A DNA stretch of 64,000 bases from Phoronis australis (lineage: Eukaryota > Animalia > Phoronida), in NCBI GenBank assembly GCA_002633005.1, contig NMRA01000065.1, positions 116,043 through 180,042 on the forward strand, in the 5' to 3' direction. The notes beneath the pieces are model-generated. The model saw only the letters and a program-made list of their open reading frames with translations. It had not been told where the DNA came from and made no database searches. The number at the start of each line of letters is the position of its first letter. The stretch's first letter is position 1. The position numbers and the translations under genes were made by a program. Shown here piece after piece: positions 1-11,950 of this stretch.

Positions 1-278
1 CAGAGCCCTGAAGACAGCTTTATTCATACTCATACTCAATGATTAAGGGAATATCAACAGAAACAGTGTTCAAATGGTGTATACCTTGAACATTTTTATT
101 AAAATGTATCAACGACATTTTCGAACTGAGCTACACTTTTGCCAGTATGTAAACACTTGAAAGTGATTGTTTACGAAACAAAGAAATTTTAAATGTGCCT
201 AATACATAATGTTCTGTTTAACTGTGAAGCTGTTAAGCTGAAAGATTGTTATGTCATTGAAATGTGCAAAAAACGTTT

Positions 279-542
279 TCAATGATTTTCTAGTTTTTTA
301 ATTTCGTCATCCAATACTCTTTTCAGAGCCTTGTACACGTTGATGTTTGAAGATGGCGTTGTCGTCGCTTTCGGTCTAGGGCACGTGAATGATCCTTGGT
401 GGTCACATGCGCAACTAACCGTGCTGAAGGCGGTATAATCTGGACACGTCAGCTCAATTTGCGCTGGATAGTCAGCCTGCACATTTTCTTGTGTAAACTT
501 TTTGCAGTCCGTTCCTGGGACTAAAGTGTAGAGATTCCCCGA
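279..542 (-). CDS. Terminal exon of a small Cys-rich protein with a chitin-binding type-2 (CBM14/peritrophin-A)-like domain
   Basis: Acceptor ttgttttcag| at 543-544 gives SGNLYTLVPGTDCKKFTQENVQADYPAQIELTCPDYTAFSTVSCACDHQGSFTCP...ENH*. The DCxKF...LxCPxxTxF...CxCD...C spacing resembles CBM14. AATAAA lies on the minus strand at 95-100. Upstream exons were not resolved. Confidence 0.6.
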   Translation of the reverse strand, partial: SGNLYTLVPGTDCKKFTQENVQADYPAQIELTCPDYTAFSTVSCACDHQGSFTCPRPKATTTPSSNINVYKALKRVLDDEIKKLENH

Positions 543-2623
543 CTGAAAACAACAAGTACCCGCCGCCGTGCAAGCATCTACAAGCAGAGTATTAATGTTT
601 TTTTAAATTTATGAACGAGATATGGAAAATATGATTGTTTCCAACAGCACTGGTGACGCGCACAGGAAATCCCAGACATGCTCATGAAAATAAAGAAACA
701 GAATTTGCGAGTCTTGTAGCTAAAATTTGACGTCCGTGAAAGTTTAAGTTACTTCCGTAAAATCATGACTTTTTAGAGAAAAAAACAATGTCACGTCATT
801 ACAAACGTCAGGGGACTGTGTCTCGTAGAATATATAGCCAAAAGCTTTTGACATTGGGTTTGAGCCTGCGTCCCCCGAGCAGGCTATACATGTACGGTTA
901 TCTATGTTTTGGCTTCGAGTTTTAGACGAATTTTCTGACTTTTAGTCTTGGCCATCCGTAGACTGGTTGTTAGGCAAAATACTAAAGACTCGCCGAAAAA
1001 CAGCCTCTGTGCTCGGTTTACAACTGACATTCAAAATATTGTTAGGAAATTTGATATCAATTCCAACTAAAAAACATTAAATGCTGATTTCCTAATTAAT
1101 ACTATTTGAACCTCCGATGACCTACCCCATGGGTAACTAGGCGAGTGAATGGGCGTCGCTGTAATCACCGCTAAACTGCAAAACAGGACGGCTATGAGCT
1201 TATTCATTCTTGAAACCTGTTCGAAAAGAGATAAGTTCTTCACTTATATACATACATTGACATGCACGTAAGTGTATGTACACACATATTTACATACACA
1301 CATGTACACACATTCATTTAGAAATGCATGTGTACAATTAGCTATTGTTAGAGCACGACGCTTTTAATACCCAGAATGAAATTTTGCAATTGTCAAGTAT
1401 CAGAAAAAATCCGCACACTGGTGTAACGTGGTTATATGCGATTTTCCAAACTTGTATCAAGCAAGTGTTACCGACCGTAAATAACATGGAACGAAGATTC
1501 ACTCGTGTACGAAAACAAATAGGTAAAATTATAAACAGAAAAAGGTAAAAAGCTCTGACAATAGATGTATGTCGTAATAAATTAAATGGCACCCATAAAC
1601 AATTTCAGGGAAGTCATCCTTCAGCGCACACTACATTTTTTATACTTTCGTTCATATTTTTACTCTTAATCGAATTTTCACACAATGTCTTAATTTTAGC
1701 TGTCAAAAGTGCATGCATCTACACAAATAAAATTAGCAATTTACTCTGGGTAACCAGTCTACTTCCATCACGAATCGCACGAGCCTACTCGTCGTCACCA
1801 TTCTTTTGATACGAACCCAAGTCTTTTCTCACTGTTATGTTTCTTTCTCGTACATCTATGCCACAACCATTTCCTTACAAGCGTACAGAAAAATCTTAGA
1901 AACGGTACATTACGAGTTATTCCTTGGCAGTAAGCAGGACCCGCGTCATTGGCACATAAAATTTCGTTGATGCACTATGACTGTCACAATTGCGACTGAT
2001 TTTGTCTTGAATAATAGGCATTGCATTCACAATCTAATGCACCATCAGCGCAGAACAGCTGATCAAAACAACAGTTTTAGGGATATGGGGTGTAGTGTAT
2101 TGCGAAATTGCAGATCCCAACTGAAGATTTTATGTGTTAAGTTAAATTGAAATGCAGCCACCGTTCAGACCAATAGCAAATTGCGTAACGTACTGCGGTA
2201 GCAGACAAAATAACACATATTTAAGAGCAACCCCAAAAATCGAATCGAAAAAAGCCCGAAGTTCGACTAATGTGACCCATTGGTCCTCAAATTGGTCCAT
2301 AGATTTGAGACCATGCGGCTCAATTCACTCATAGCCACGTTTTTCCAAGATGATGCCTGAGTAAGCGGGACTATAAGCAGGTGTTTGGAGCGAATAAAAC
2401 CAACCCATCTGTAAATTTACAGGTGGGTTACCAGTGGTTCGTTTAGCAAAGAATGTTTCCAAATGCATTTTTAGAAAAAGAACTGTAGTGCATTTAAAAA
2501 ATAAATACATGTCTTGAGAAAAGTACACATGGCAAGAGGTGACTGTCCACGAGAGCGCGCGTGCAGGCACAGAGCGGCAATGATTAACTTGCCCGACGTC
2601 AAGGTAGAGTTCAGTTAGCTGTT

Positions 2624-2884
2624 CAGGGTGTTCCATCGAAACAGATATCCCAGAGTCGAAAACAGACTCCCGCAAACTCAAAACAGATAATAAGCCCGAA
2701 AAACAAGAACCGCAACCTTTAGAACAAGAATCCCGGGGATATGACAGGAAAACCCGGACAGGTTTTTTCGGTCCCCTGGTTTCTTGTCTGATCCCCGGGA
2801 TTCCTGTTTGAAGGTGCAGGAGTCTGTTTTCGACTACGGGATATCTGTTTTACACCGGGGATCCTTTTTCGATGGAACACCCTG
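2624..2884. mobile_element. MITE
   Basis: Terminal inverted repeats CAGGGTGTTCCATCGAAA / TTTCGATGGAACACCCTG plus internal inverted segments (cagatatccc..gtcgaaaacagactcc); flanked by TGTT on both sides. Confidence 0.75.
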
Positions 2885-5800
2885 TGTTTCGCGGCGAGAA
2901 AAAATGTAGAAAAAATCACGTGCTCTCATTGAACAATGATTCACAGCAATATCTCTCGTATTCTCGCGAAGTCTTGCTTTTTAGCGATGTCTTAGCGATA
3001 CTGAACTCCACCCAGGACTTCAGAGAGTAAAAGTATCTTACCTGAATCTAGACGAATTCGAACACAATCATTTGGTGGCACAAGTTGACATTTATATACC
3101 ATTGGATGACAGGTAATGGTCGTAAATATTTTGATAACGATGACGTTTACAGGTGCGACACTATTGCGGAACCGGGTTAAAATCAAATTTATTTAACGAC
3201 CGCTGATGCAAAGTGTCCGGAACGGAACATGACGTGGGGTACGAGACTTGGTAAACACAGGTACAGAACATTGCCGAACACTGTTGTGATAATCGTGAAT
3301 ATTGGAGCCAATAAAGATAAACAAATCAATATTTGAAAATATAAATAACCTATCCCAAGATGACCTTCTAAGATACACAACCTCCAATGACTGGTGATTT
3401 ATACCACGTAGATAAAAAGAACGTGCATTGCACATACTTGATAACGATTGACGCACTTGATATATTTTGCTTGGATTTTTTATTATAATTATCTCATCCT
3501 TCTAATTCCCTCGCACTTCAAGCACTAAATTCCATGGTACTGAAAGTTCCGACTTTCTCCAGATTTACATGTAAGGCTAGTCTATATTTTCTTGTGTTGT
3601 CAACTTACCACCCAGTGACCAAAATGATGATATCGAAGTTAAAGGAATACGATTAATTTAAGTCATTCCAAGAAACTATTCAATGTGTGTTGTAAAGTAA
3701 GGGAGTGAATTTATTGGCGAAATAATGCATTTTATGAGAACATTTAAAAATGCAACGATTCCAAATCCTAGGCAATTTTTCAAAACATGGTTATCTACCC
3801 CTGACAGCAAACATGGTTAAAACGTGTCAACATGTCAAGAGTAAACAAAATAAAAAATGTATTACTTGAAGGGTTATTAACCGAACTTGATCATTTTTAG
3901 GTTTTATGGTTGCGGTCACTGTATTATTTCCGACCTCTTGCTATTAGTGACCATCCGACCATAGAACTTGGCACTTCGTTCTCTCCGCGGTCTATGGCGG
4001 TGTACGGCAGTTGTCTCTTGCTCGTCAATGGCTGGATTACCTTTTTTTTAGGGTTTGTATGAAACCCGTGAAAAAAGACATCTGTGTATTAAAATTGTAT
4101 CGTTTGTTAAACATGCTTATCGTTTGCGAACCTTGTCTTTGGTCTGGCATGGGTTCGTCTAAATCATGGCGTAAGTGGAGTCGTATTTCTAGTACCGTAG
4201 CACAAGTTACCTTATAATCGCTGTGGCGAAAACGGTGATATTTGCATTGAATTGAATAAATGAAGTTAAAAGTTGGTACAAACGCAATTCAGCAGATGAT
4301 TGGACGCTAGTTTATCCTTCAGCTGTTACAGTGACCATGACCCACAGGACTAATCTCTGTCCGTAAGTACTGACTGTATTTGATTGGTCGCAGCGCCACC
4401 ACCCGCATTAGTTGTTACCGTGACAACACGGGAGGCGAACTCAGTTACTAACCACGCACTTCTAGCCTTTGAAAGTTCAGGCAGCAAAGTGAGTTTTTCC
4501 AATTGTAAGACACTATTTTCTCACGCTTCTGTCAACAGCGACAGCGTTGTTCGACTTGTCATAAACGAAATACGCGACAGAAACCATAGATCAGTCGCGT
4601 AATTCAAACGTTTTTACGTGTTGTTGTAATTCGGTAAATACCAATACACACAAAGCGTTACGTTAGGAGCATACGCGAATTGCTATTGTACCACGTTTGA
4701 ATATCTGCTCTTAATTATGTTTACGGAGTATTTGCCTTTCACTAGACTTACATGCATTACACTTATTGACAAATGTTGTTCCCCTTCGAGGACAAACGAA
4801 AAAGTTGTATTACAATTTTGGATTTGTGCCCGCAAAATACACCTGGAGCACAAGGCAGTGAGATTGCGTGCTCTCCTTGCATTGCAGGCGACACGTCTCG
4901 GGATCTCGCTAATCTCGCAAGAAGCTAGCCTTGCAGATCGCAGCCCAGGATACATCAAACTTAAGACGAAACCACTGATTAATAATAGTTTTCAAAACGG
5001 AAACCAGAACGCAAGGGCGTGGTCACTTGAACTAAGCACAAACACAATTGACGTAAATCACGTTAAATAGAAAGATAAAGGTAATTTACGATAGTTTAAA
5101 CACGGATAACCTATGAACCCAAATCATCTGTTCGCGACAAACATAGTTACACATCCGTGAGGAATGAAGGACACTTATAAAACTGACGGGCATCTTTTAG
5201 CTTGCATGTGACCGACAAGCTAAGTGAATTTTATTTCTACTGAATGGTATAATTAATAACTTATAATTTCGAAGTTGAAAATCACCGAAAGGCGAGAGTG
5301 GGTATCCCGAAAATGCTGACGTATTTAATCTCTTATTAACTGGATCGAAATAAACTCCAACGAAACCATGATTTTCGATGGCCAATATTCTGTTACGTGA
5401 TTGGACGTTTGCTGTGCTACCTGTATACACAGAACACCTTTATTTTTGAGGGATCCTAAACTAATAAAGGGGAAAGCCTTTATCGGCAAGCTAACCGATT
5501 TTAAGTATGAAAGAACCCTCTGTGTTAAGTTTTCTTAAAACCGCCGAAAAGTACATTTTCTCGAAAACGTGCAATTGAGCAAACACGAATGATCTGCACA
5601 GGTTGTGTTTAATAGAGAACAACACATTTCAGTTGCAAAGGACGTGAACGCATCATCAAGATACGGACCCATTGCCGGACCGTTTATGTTTCTTCCCATC
5701 TCTCTTCAAGATAACCAGGATCTGTATTTTTTACTTTGTAAGACCAAACGCGGTTGCTTTACCCTTTAAGTGTCAATGTTCCAGCATAATTTGACACGAG

Positions 5801-6581
5801 GCATTAAGGTTTCATGTCTTTAACGTTGCGTTTCTAGGACTTTGTGGGGGGGGCCTTAAAATGAACTCTTTACCAGTGGTGGATCTACACTTTCGTGACC
5901 CTGACGCTTGATCGGTTATTAAGGCCTCTTGCAAATAGGGGCAGTTGTATAAAGTAGGCTGTAAAACTCCACCTGGTCACCAACACACTCGAGGGTCGCC
6001 CACCTCCAGTCGATAAACACGAATGCCAATGTCTGTTAATGCATTACACATTTCACTGTATTGTCGCAGCAAGATGGGACCCCTGTTTCGAGTGGGGGGA
6101 ATACGCGCTGTGTAGATACTTGGAAATCCGGCCTTGGACCCTTCCGATTAGGGATCTACAGGGGCGCCACAAGTCTTTCCGAAAACGATGTGTGCAAACT
6201 TTGGATCTCTTACTATTGCTCCTGAAAAGTCAATCACTACTAGTAAAACAAAAACACAGGCCCATTTTTACAAAATCGATATTTTTATTTCGTCACCAGA
6301 CATTAATTCATCGCCAAGCTTACTACAAAAATGCACGCGCAAAAGAAGTTCAGCTCCGCATCTAGTCATCACCCATGGGCCGGAACACCCTTTCATTTGC
6401 AAAATAACATTGACTCCTGTTTTATAGTAGACAAGTCCCGCGAGTCTCCCATCGTTGTAGATTTCAAATACGCCGCTTAAGCACCACCTTGATTAAAATC
6501 CACCAGCTCTAAAACATGAGAATGGAGCAAGTCGCGGTGTACAGGAAGCAGTTGCATAGATAACGCTTCGCGATTCAGTTA

Positions 6582-7132
6582 TCATAGAGACAGCTGAGAC
6601 TCTTTCGATGCATTATTTTCGTACGTTCCGTCACTAACCGGATGAAGGGGTCCGGCGATTACGAAACCCGCAGTGTTTGGTCGAGCATAATCATACGTGA
6701 ATTCAGGCTCTCGGCGTGTATCTTCAAGGTTTGTATCAGGTGGCTCATATGGCTCTACATAGCTGTGCCCGGCTATACTATAGCTTCGCGTATGTTTCGC
6801 AGAGTCGGGTGGTGGTGGTAGTGGCGGTGGTGGTGGTGCTGCTGGCACACGGCCACCCGTTTTATCACCAGGTTCGCCACTGGTCTTTGCGCTTGTCTCG
6901 GCGGTTGTTGTCGGTGGAGCGTTAGAAGTACTAGATTCTCGAATCGGTTTACCCGGCAGCGATGGGTCTGGCGGAAGTTTGGGTGGACCGGGAGATCGCG
7001 GTTGGAAAGGTCGAGTTGACGACTGCTGCTTGCCGGCTGCTATGTTGGCCATGTAGCATTTGTCAATGTTGGTTGAGGTAGGACTCACCTCATCGGTAGC
7101 CACGGGCGAGTATTGCTGCTTGGTCTTGGTGA
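6582..7132 (-). CDS. Gene A last exon: Pro-rich, Tyr-motif cytoplasmic tail
   Basis: Acceptor tcttacag| at 7133-7134, phase 1; encodes ...QQYSPV...PPPPPLPPPP...YVEPYEPP...TYDYARP...TYENN...SQLSL*; phase matches the 7863-7912 exon; candidate AATAAA at 6284-6289. Confidence 0.8.
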
Positions 7133-7862
7133 CTGTAAGATATTTGTCAAATATCAATAAAAATCAGCCAGGTAAAGGTAAATGTATTAATCCCGATTTT
7201 GTGTTGTATTACTTGCAAACATCAGATCAGTGCCGGGTTCCGTGGACAGCAAGACATTAGTTTGTACCAGCACGTGAGCGAAACATCTTCATTTAAAGAA
7301 TAGAATCAATAAATTTAATCCCGGAATTCAAAATCCCAGCCTTGTCGAAGAATCAATTCGGACGCGGCCGCCATTTTCCTAGGGAAGGCAAGTAGTCTTT
7401 CGAGCATGCATGTGAGACACCCCCTTTAGCTCGCTTAATTTTGCGGGGTCTCGCAGATCTTGTTTTTCTCGTGAGAATCTTGACCTGTACCGATCTCCAG
7501 AAAGTTAAAAATGTCCCTGTCGCCAGTTACAATGATTATGACTGGACTATTGAACAGACCGATATTTCATTTTGTCTACCACGTATGTTCCTTTAAGAAA
7601 TTTGAAAAGGTTCGGAGAAATGACAGACCGAAACGTCTTACTGATTTAAATTAGCTAGAGATTGCCTGTAAGTTGACCAATTGATTTTAGAAATGATGTT
7701 ACATGAACGTGTACTGCTCAACATAATTAAAATTCTGGCAATATTGTGGGTGACGAAAATTTCTATACCCTGTAAGCATTGTTGATTTTTACACACATTG
7801 ACTACGGGGTGCACAAAACATAGCATGTGTAAAAAAAGAAAAAAACGGTACAGTGTACGTAC

Positions 7863-7912
7863 GTCTTCTCCGTGGTTTCTGCTTGTTTGACAGATCTTCT
7901 CTAGAATCTCTG
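7863..7912 (-). CDS. Gene A juxtamembrane cytoplasmic exon (RDSREDLSNKQKPRRR)
   Basis: ttatttag|...|gtacgt; 50 nt, phase 2 in / phase 1 out, exactly bridging the TM exon and the last exon. Confidence 0.75.
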
Positions 7913-8035
7913 CTAAATAAGGAAGGCATCACGTTTTAAAAAATACCAATTTCGACAGTTGTACTAGGCATGTACTGATATACATTCACAAAGTAGTCAC
8001 CAACTCCAAATGAGGTTACACATGACCTTATTGAC

Positions 8036-9673
8036 AAGATTCGATATTTTCCAAATCAATATCGACAAAACTGTAAACGTTAAGTTAATAAAAGTATATA
8101 CTTTCCATGTACAAATCCTGCATAATTTTACTTTTGACATTTTATCAATCAGGCATTAATTAGGTCACGTGACCTTGTCTTTTTACTAAAACATAACGAA
8201 AAGCAAGGTACATTCATAGCAAAAAAGACATCAGTAACATGGTCACATCTCGTGGGACATAAGCGTTCAAGGTGAGATCTCAAAACTCCGTTACAGTTTC
8301 GTAAAATATCATTTCTTTTTCTTTTTATGCACTTTTTAGTTTTTTATGAAATAATAAAAGTCCTTTTATATCACCTCATGCAAAAGTGGAACATTTTAAA
8401 AGCCAGTACCATGACTTTGGAACATAGTGCATAAATCGTGGTGTATGAAAGTTCGTAGGAATCGGACCAAACATTTCTGATGTGATGTTCCAAAGATAGC
8501 CAATTCGCACATTTTCCAGGCTCCTACTAAACCTTAACCTGTGTGTGAATACGGCCATACCGGATAGTCTTCGCCAGTTCCGGCGGCTCAAGTGGCAAAG
8601 ATATCTGATTGGTCTGCAAGACGGAAGTCGTCATGGAGAACTAATCAGATGTCCTAGCCAGTTGATCAGCCGAATTTAATCAAGTGTATGCAGCCATACA
8701 TGAAATTTACCTTGTTTTTCAAGCTTAGTACATGCCCGTCCACCGAACGTGGCGGCGCCAAAAGTACGTTGTCTTGCGCCCCCTGACAGTACACAGCATG
8801 TAAATTTTAAACCTGCCTTAAGGTGACTCCACTTTTTATGTGCAAAATGTACCTGATGCACATTTTGAATTGTGGGAATTGGATTAAGTTCACCTTCATC
8901 CAAGAACAAATCTAAGTATGCACTACACGGTAGCAGGTCACCACTCCGAAGGTCCACTACCCCGAAAACGAAAGCAACGAGGAGTGCTGAAATGCGCCCA
9001 CGAATGTACCGCAAACGGTTTGCTTCAATGGGTCGAATCCATCCGAAAACTGCTATATATCATAAAAGCTATTTACCAAACATCATAAAAACCCGTCAAG
9101 AAACTTCTGAGAAACTGAGGAAAACAGAAAGAAAAAAATGAAATTGTCACTCGGAAGCTATGGGCGAAAAAACAAACTACCACTAGCAGGCTCCACAGGA
9201 GATGAAGTCGTCAGAAAATCATCGTCAATGGTCCTCTTCACACTAACATATATGCCAAATTTCACAATTATCTCCAGAGCGGTTTGGTTGATACAAGGGC
9301 GGACGCCAATGAAAAAAAATCGAAAACAGTAACAATGGCCACTAGATGGCGCAAAGTACCTTGAATCTATCCAAAAACGGAAGGATAGCTTCATCGCATT
9401 AACGGATGCCTAACTGCCAAATTTCATGAAAATCCAATGAGGTCCACCGAAGATACTGAGGTAAACGTAAAGAGCTAAAAATTGTCATTAGGGGCCACAC
9501 CGGCAGTTGGAGAGGTCAGAAATTCGTCGTCATTTGTCGTCCTTAAGAAGATCCTGTGAGGGGTTTAGGAGAAATACCAGCAGACGCCGGACACCGGAGG
9601 ACGGGCGCCCGGACGCCCAGACAGAGATGAAAGCAGTATGCACCCAAATATAAAGATGTTGGCGCATCAAAAC
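8036..9673 (-). mobile_element. Probable non-autonomous Helitron/Helentron-like intronic repeat (boundaries approximate)
   Basis: Non-coding, with tgacc/ggtca motifs, a GGAC(G)-type short repeat block (9580-9625) and an A-rich end near 9670, a layout typical of invertebrate HINE-like elements in reverse orientation. Confidence 0.35.
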
Positions 9674-10028
9674 ATTATTACAAAATGCTCTTTTATTTTT
9701 TGATTTTCTTGCTGAACCTTCACATATTTTCTCTCAATTTCACGAATGGGTTACTTATTACTTTGTTACTTTGTACTAAAATGCCCACACAAAAAACAAA
9801 ACCTAAGGCAATGCAGTCCAGTTAACGGCTCTGCTACTGTATCTTATTTGAAGTTCGCTTAACCAAAAGAAATGTATCACGTTCATGTTACAAATGCGCT
9901 CATATTTGGAGAAGACGTGGATTTTTCGGAGCAGTGCTTTTTCCGAATTGTGGACTTTTTTGAAGATGGGGGCCCTCGGACTAGAGGGCAGTAACCGTAT
10001 GAAACAGACTTTCTTTGTCATCACTTAC

Positions 10029-10230
10029 TTCTGTTTGATGATGATGCAGCAACACATGCCGAGGACCAGCTCGAACAGCAGCAGGGTGCCGCACGCGATC
10101 AACACGTGCCTGTAGTTGACATTGCCCTCTTCATATTCATCTTCATCCTCGTCCATGTTTTCGTCACCTCTATCCTCCGTATCCAGGACGAAAGAGCCAT
10201 TTTTGCCATTCCTAAATCTGATGCTTTTAG
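10029..10230 (-). CDS. Gene A transmembrane exon
   Basis: tttcctag|...|gtaagt; AKSIRFRNGKNGSFVLDTEDRGDENMDEDEDEYEEGNVNYRH-VLIACGTLLLFELVLGMCCCIII-KQ; phase 1 in / phase 2 out. This frame is not in the supplied ORF track. Confidence 0.85.
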
Positions 10231-10861
10231 CTAGGAAACGCGATTTGAAAAAAACATGGTGCTAATACTTGACAATTGAATAAAAAGAGAGGGATTATTA
10301 ATTATCTAACTTCCAGTAATACATGTACACGTATACAACCATGATAATAGCGAAATGACCGCAAAATAACAAAAGAAAGAGTGCGAAACTCATTTGCGCA
10401 ATGGTCGTGGAAAATACTGTGCACATTTTAAGTTGTTTAACACTATTACCTTGTATTTCACAAAATCGTCCAGTGAATCCTTCTTCGCAAATGCACCTCT
10501 GCGCAGTGAATGTTACTACACATTGCGCCCCGTTCTTGCAAGGGTTAGGACGACACGATTCAAGAGAACCTACAACAGGAAATGAAGAGCCATGTCTAAT
10601 GACGAACAGCGCAAACTACGTCACTGACAGTAAGCATAAGAACGTTTTCAAGTTCCTGCAAAAGGATTTTGAAGGAATAATTGTTGCTGTTTCCTACGGG
10701 TGACAAGATTGGAGTAATTTAAAGACCGGTTAAAAATCGGTTGCTTCCCAACTTAAAACTTAAAGTGGGCGCAAATGGTTCGGTATCGCCAGTCACAAAA
10801 CTAAGCGGTTGGTTCTTAGATACCGACAATCTCGAAGCGAAAGCAAATGTCTCGGCGTTAC

Positions 10862-10933
10862 CGTTCATATAAAACTTTATTCCCATCCCAGTAACATTCT
10901 TTTTGAGAGGAAGATTGGCGCCTGAGATATAAC
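10862..10933 (-). CDS. Gene A short stalk exon (GYISGANLPLKKNVTGMGIKFYMN)
   Basis: attgcag|...|gtaacg; 72 nt, symmetric phase 1, open frame. Confidence 0.55.
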
Positions 10934-11017
10934 CTGCAATGTATAATATCCACAGCTAAATGACAATAAACGTACTCACGAGACAACAACCAATATTTGA
11001 TTCAGACAGTTTTTGTA

Positions 11018-11224
11018 CATGCGCGCACTCAGCCTTCAATATGGGGGACCTTTTCCTAACAAAAAAAAAACGTGAGCACCATTGTGAATTGCGTGTTTGC
11101 GGTTTTTTAGTGGTTCTCGGACTTTTTGTCTCTAGGAGGCGGACCTTTTTACCCGCTTCGCTAAATGGGGAGGGGGCTCAAATGAGCTCATTCGAGCCCC
11201 CTAGCCCCCCTGGGTGCACGCATG
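11018..11224. mobile_element. MITE with CATG termini and 5-bp TSD
   Basis: TTGTA|CATGCGCGCACTCAG...CTGGGTGCACGCATG|TTGTA; subterminal G-run/C-run hairpin; same design as 60594-60822. Confidence 0.8.
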
Positions 11225-11657
11225 TTGTAAGACCAAACTCATTTCATTCACTACTGTAGAAAATGGTTTCTAGGCTTGCGAAGAACTGACTAGTATTATG
11301 TATGCAAGATCTTTAGTTTCAGGGGAATTCCTGGCCTTACTTTGGAAGTGCAAATGCGCTAGTGAATAAAGTTGATGTTTATATTACCAGAATATTTTTG
11401 GCGTGCGCATGCCCCAATGTGAAGTCTTTATATTCACAGCGGCTCTAATTTGAAAAGGTTTTATAAAGTAAGTTATAACCTGGACACTGATTTACAACCT
11501 GCATCATACGCATATAACGCAACCAATGTGTTCGCATTTCAAGTGATAGTTTCGTTTTAGCATTGGTTCGACTAGTTTCATTTTCCAACACAGACGTGTC
11601 GTGTCTAAATGAGGTCGATGAAAAACACTAAGTTTTCAGTACAGGCTGTTCAGCCAC

Positions 11658-11732
11658 CTTCTTTCGTGTCCTCTTCATCCAGTGACTGTAGCTCGTCCAG
11701 GTTACTCCCTGTCATATCAGAAGATGTTTCGC
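11658..11732 (-). CDS. Gene A acidic stalk exon (GETSSDMTGSNLDELQSLDEEDTKE)
   Basis: cgtttcag|...AAG|gtggct; 75 nt, phase 1-1. Confidence 0.65.
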
Positions 11733-11859
11733 CTGAAACGTAAACATGGACCAAATGGCAAGGACTCTTGCAATTGCAAATGGGAAATGAGCACCGGTCT
11801 TCCAGGGTCTCTATTAAAAGGATACCAAACCCGGTTTTGACAAATTAATAGAAACTAAA

Positions 11860-11950
11860 TCGACATTCCCTTTCCGACTTCTCTGAAACGAAATAATGTT
11901 CTGTAACCCTCGAAAACCCTCAACAGTTTAGAGGAAAATGTGAAAACTCC
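11860..11950. repeat. Dispersed repeat segment; inverted relative at ~27058-27150
   Basis: aataatgttctgtaaccctcgaaaaccctcaacagtt matches the reverse complement of aacttttcagggttgtcgagggttccagaacactatt. Confidence 0.4.

Noticed and set aside
10980-11055. Candidate exon with good splice sites
   Set aside because: Its phase is incompatible with neighbouring exons, and half of it lies inside the 11018-11224 MITE.
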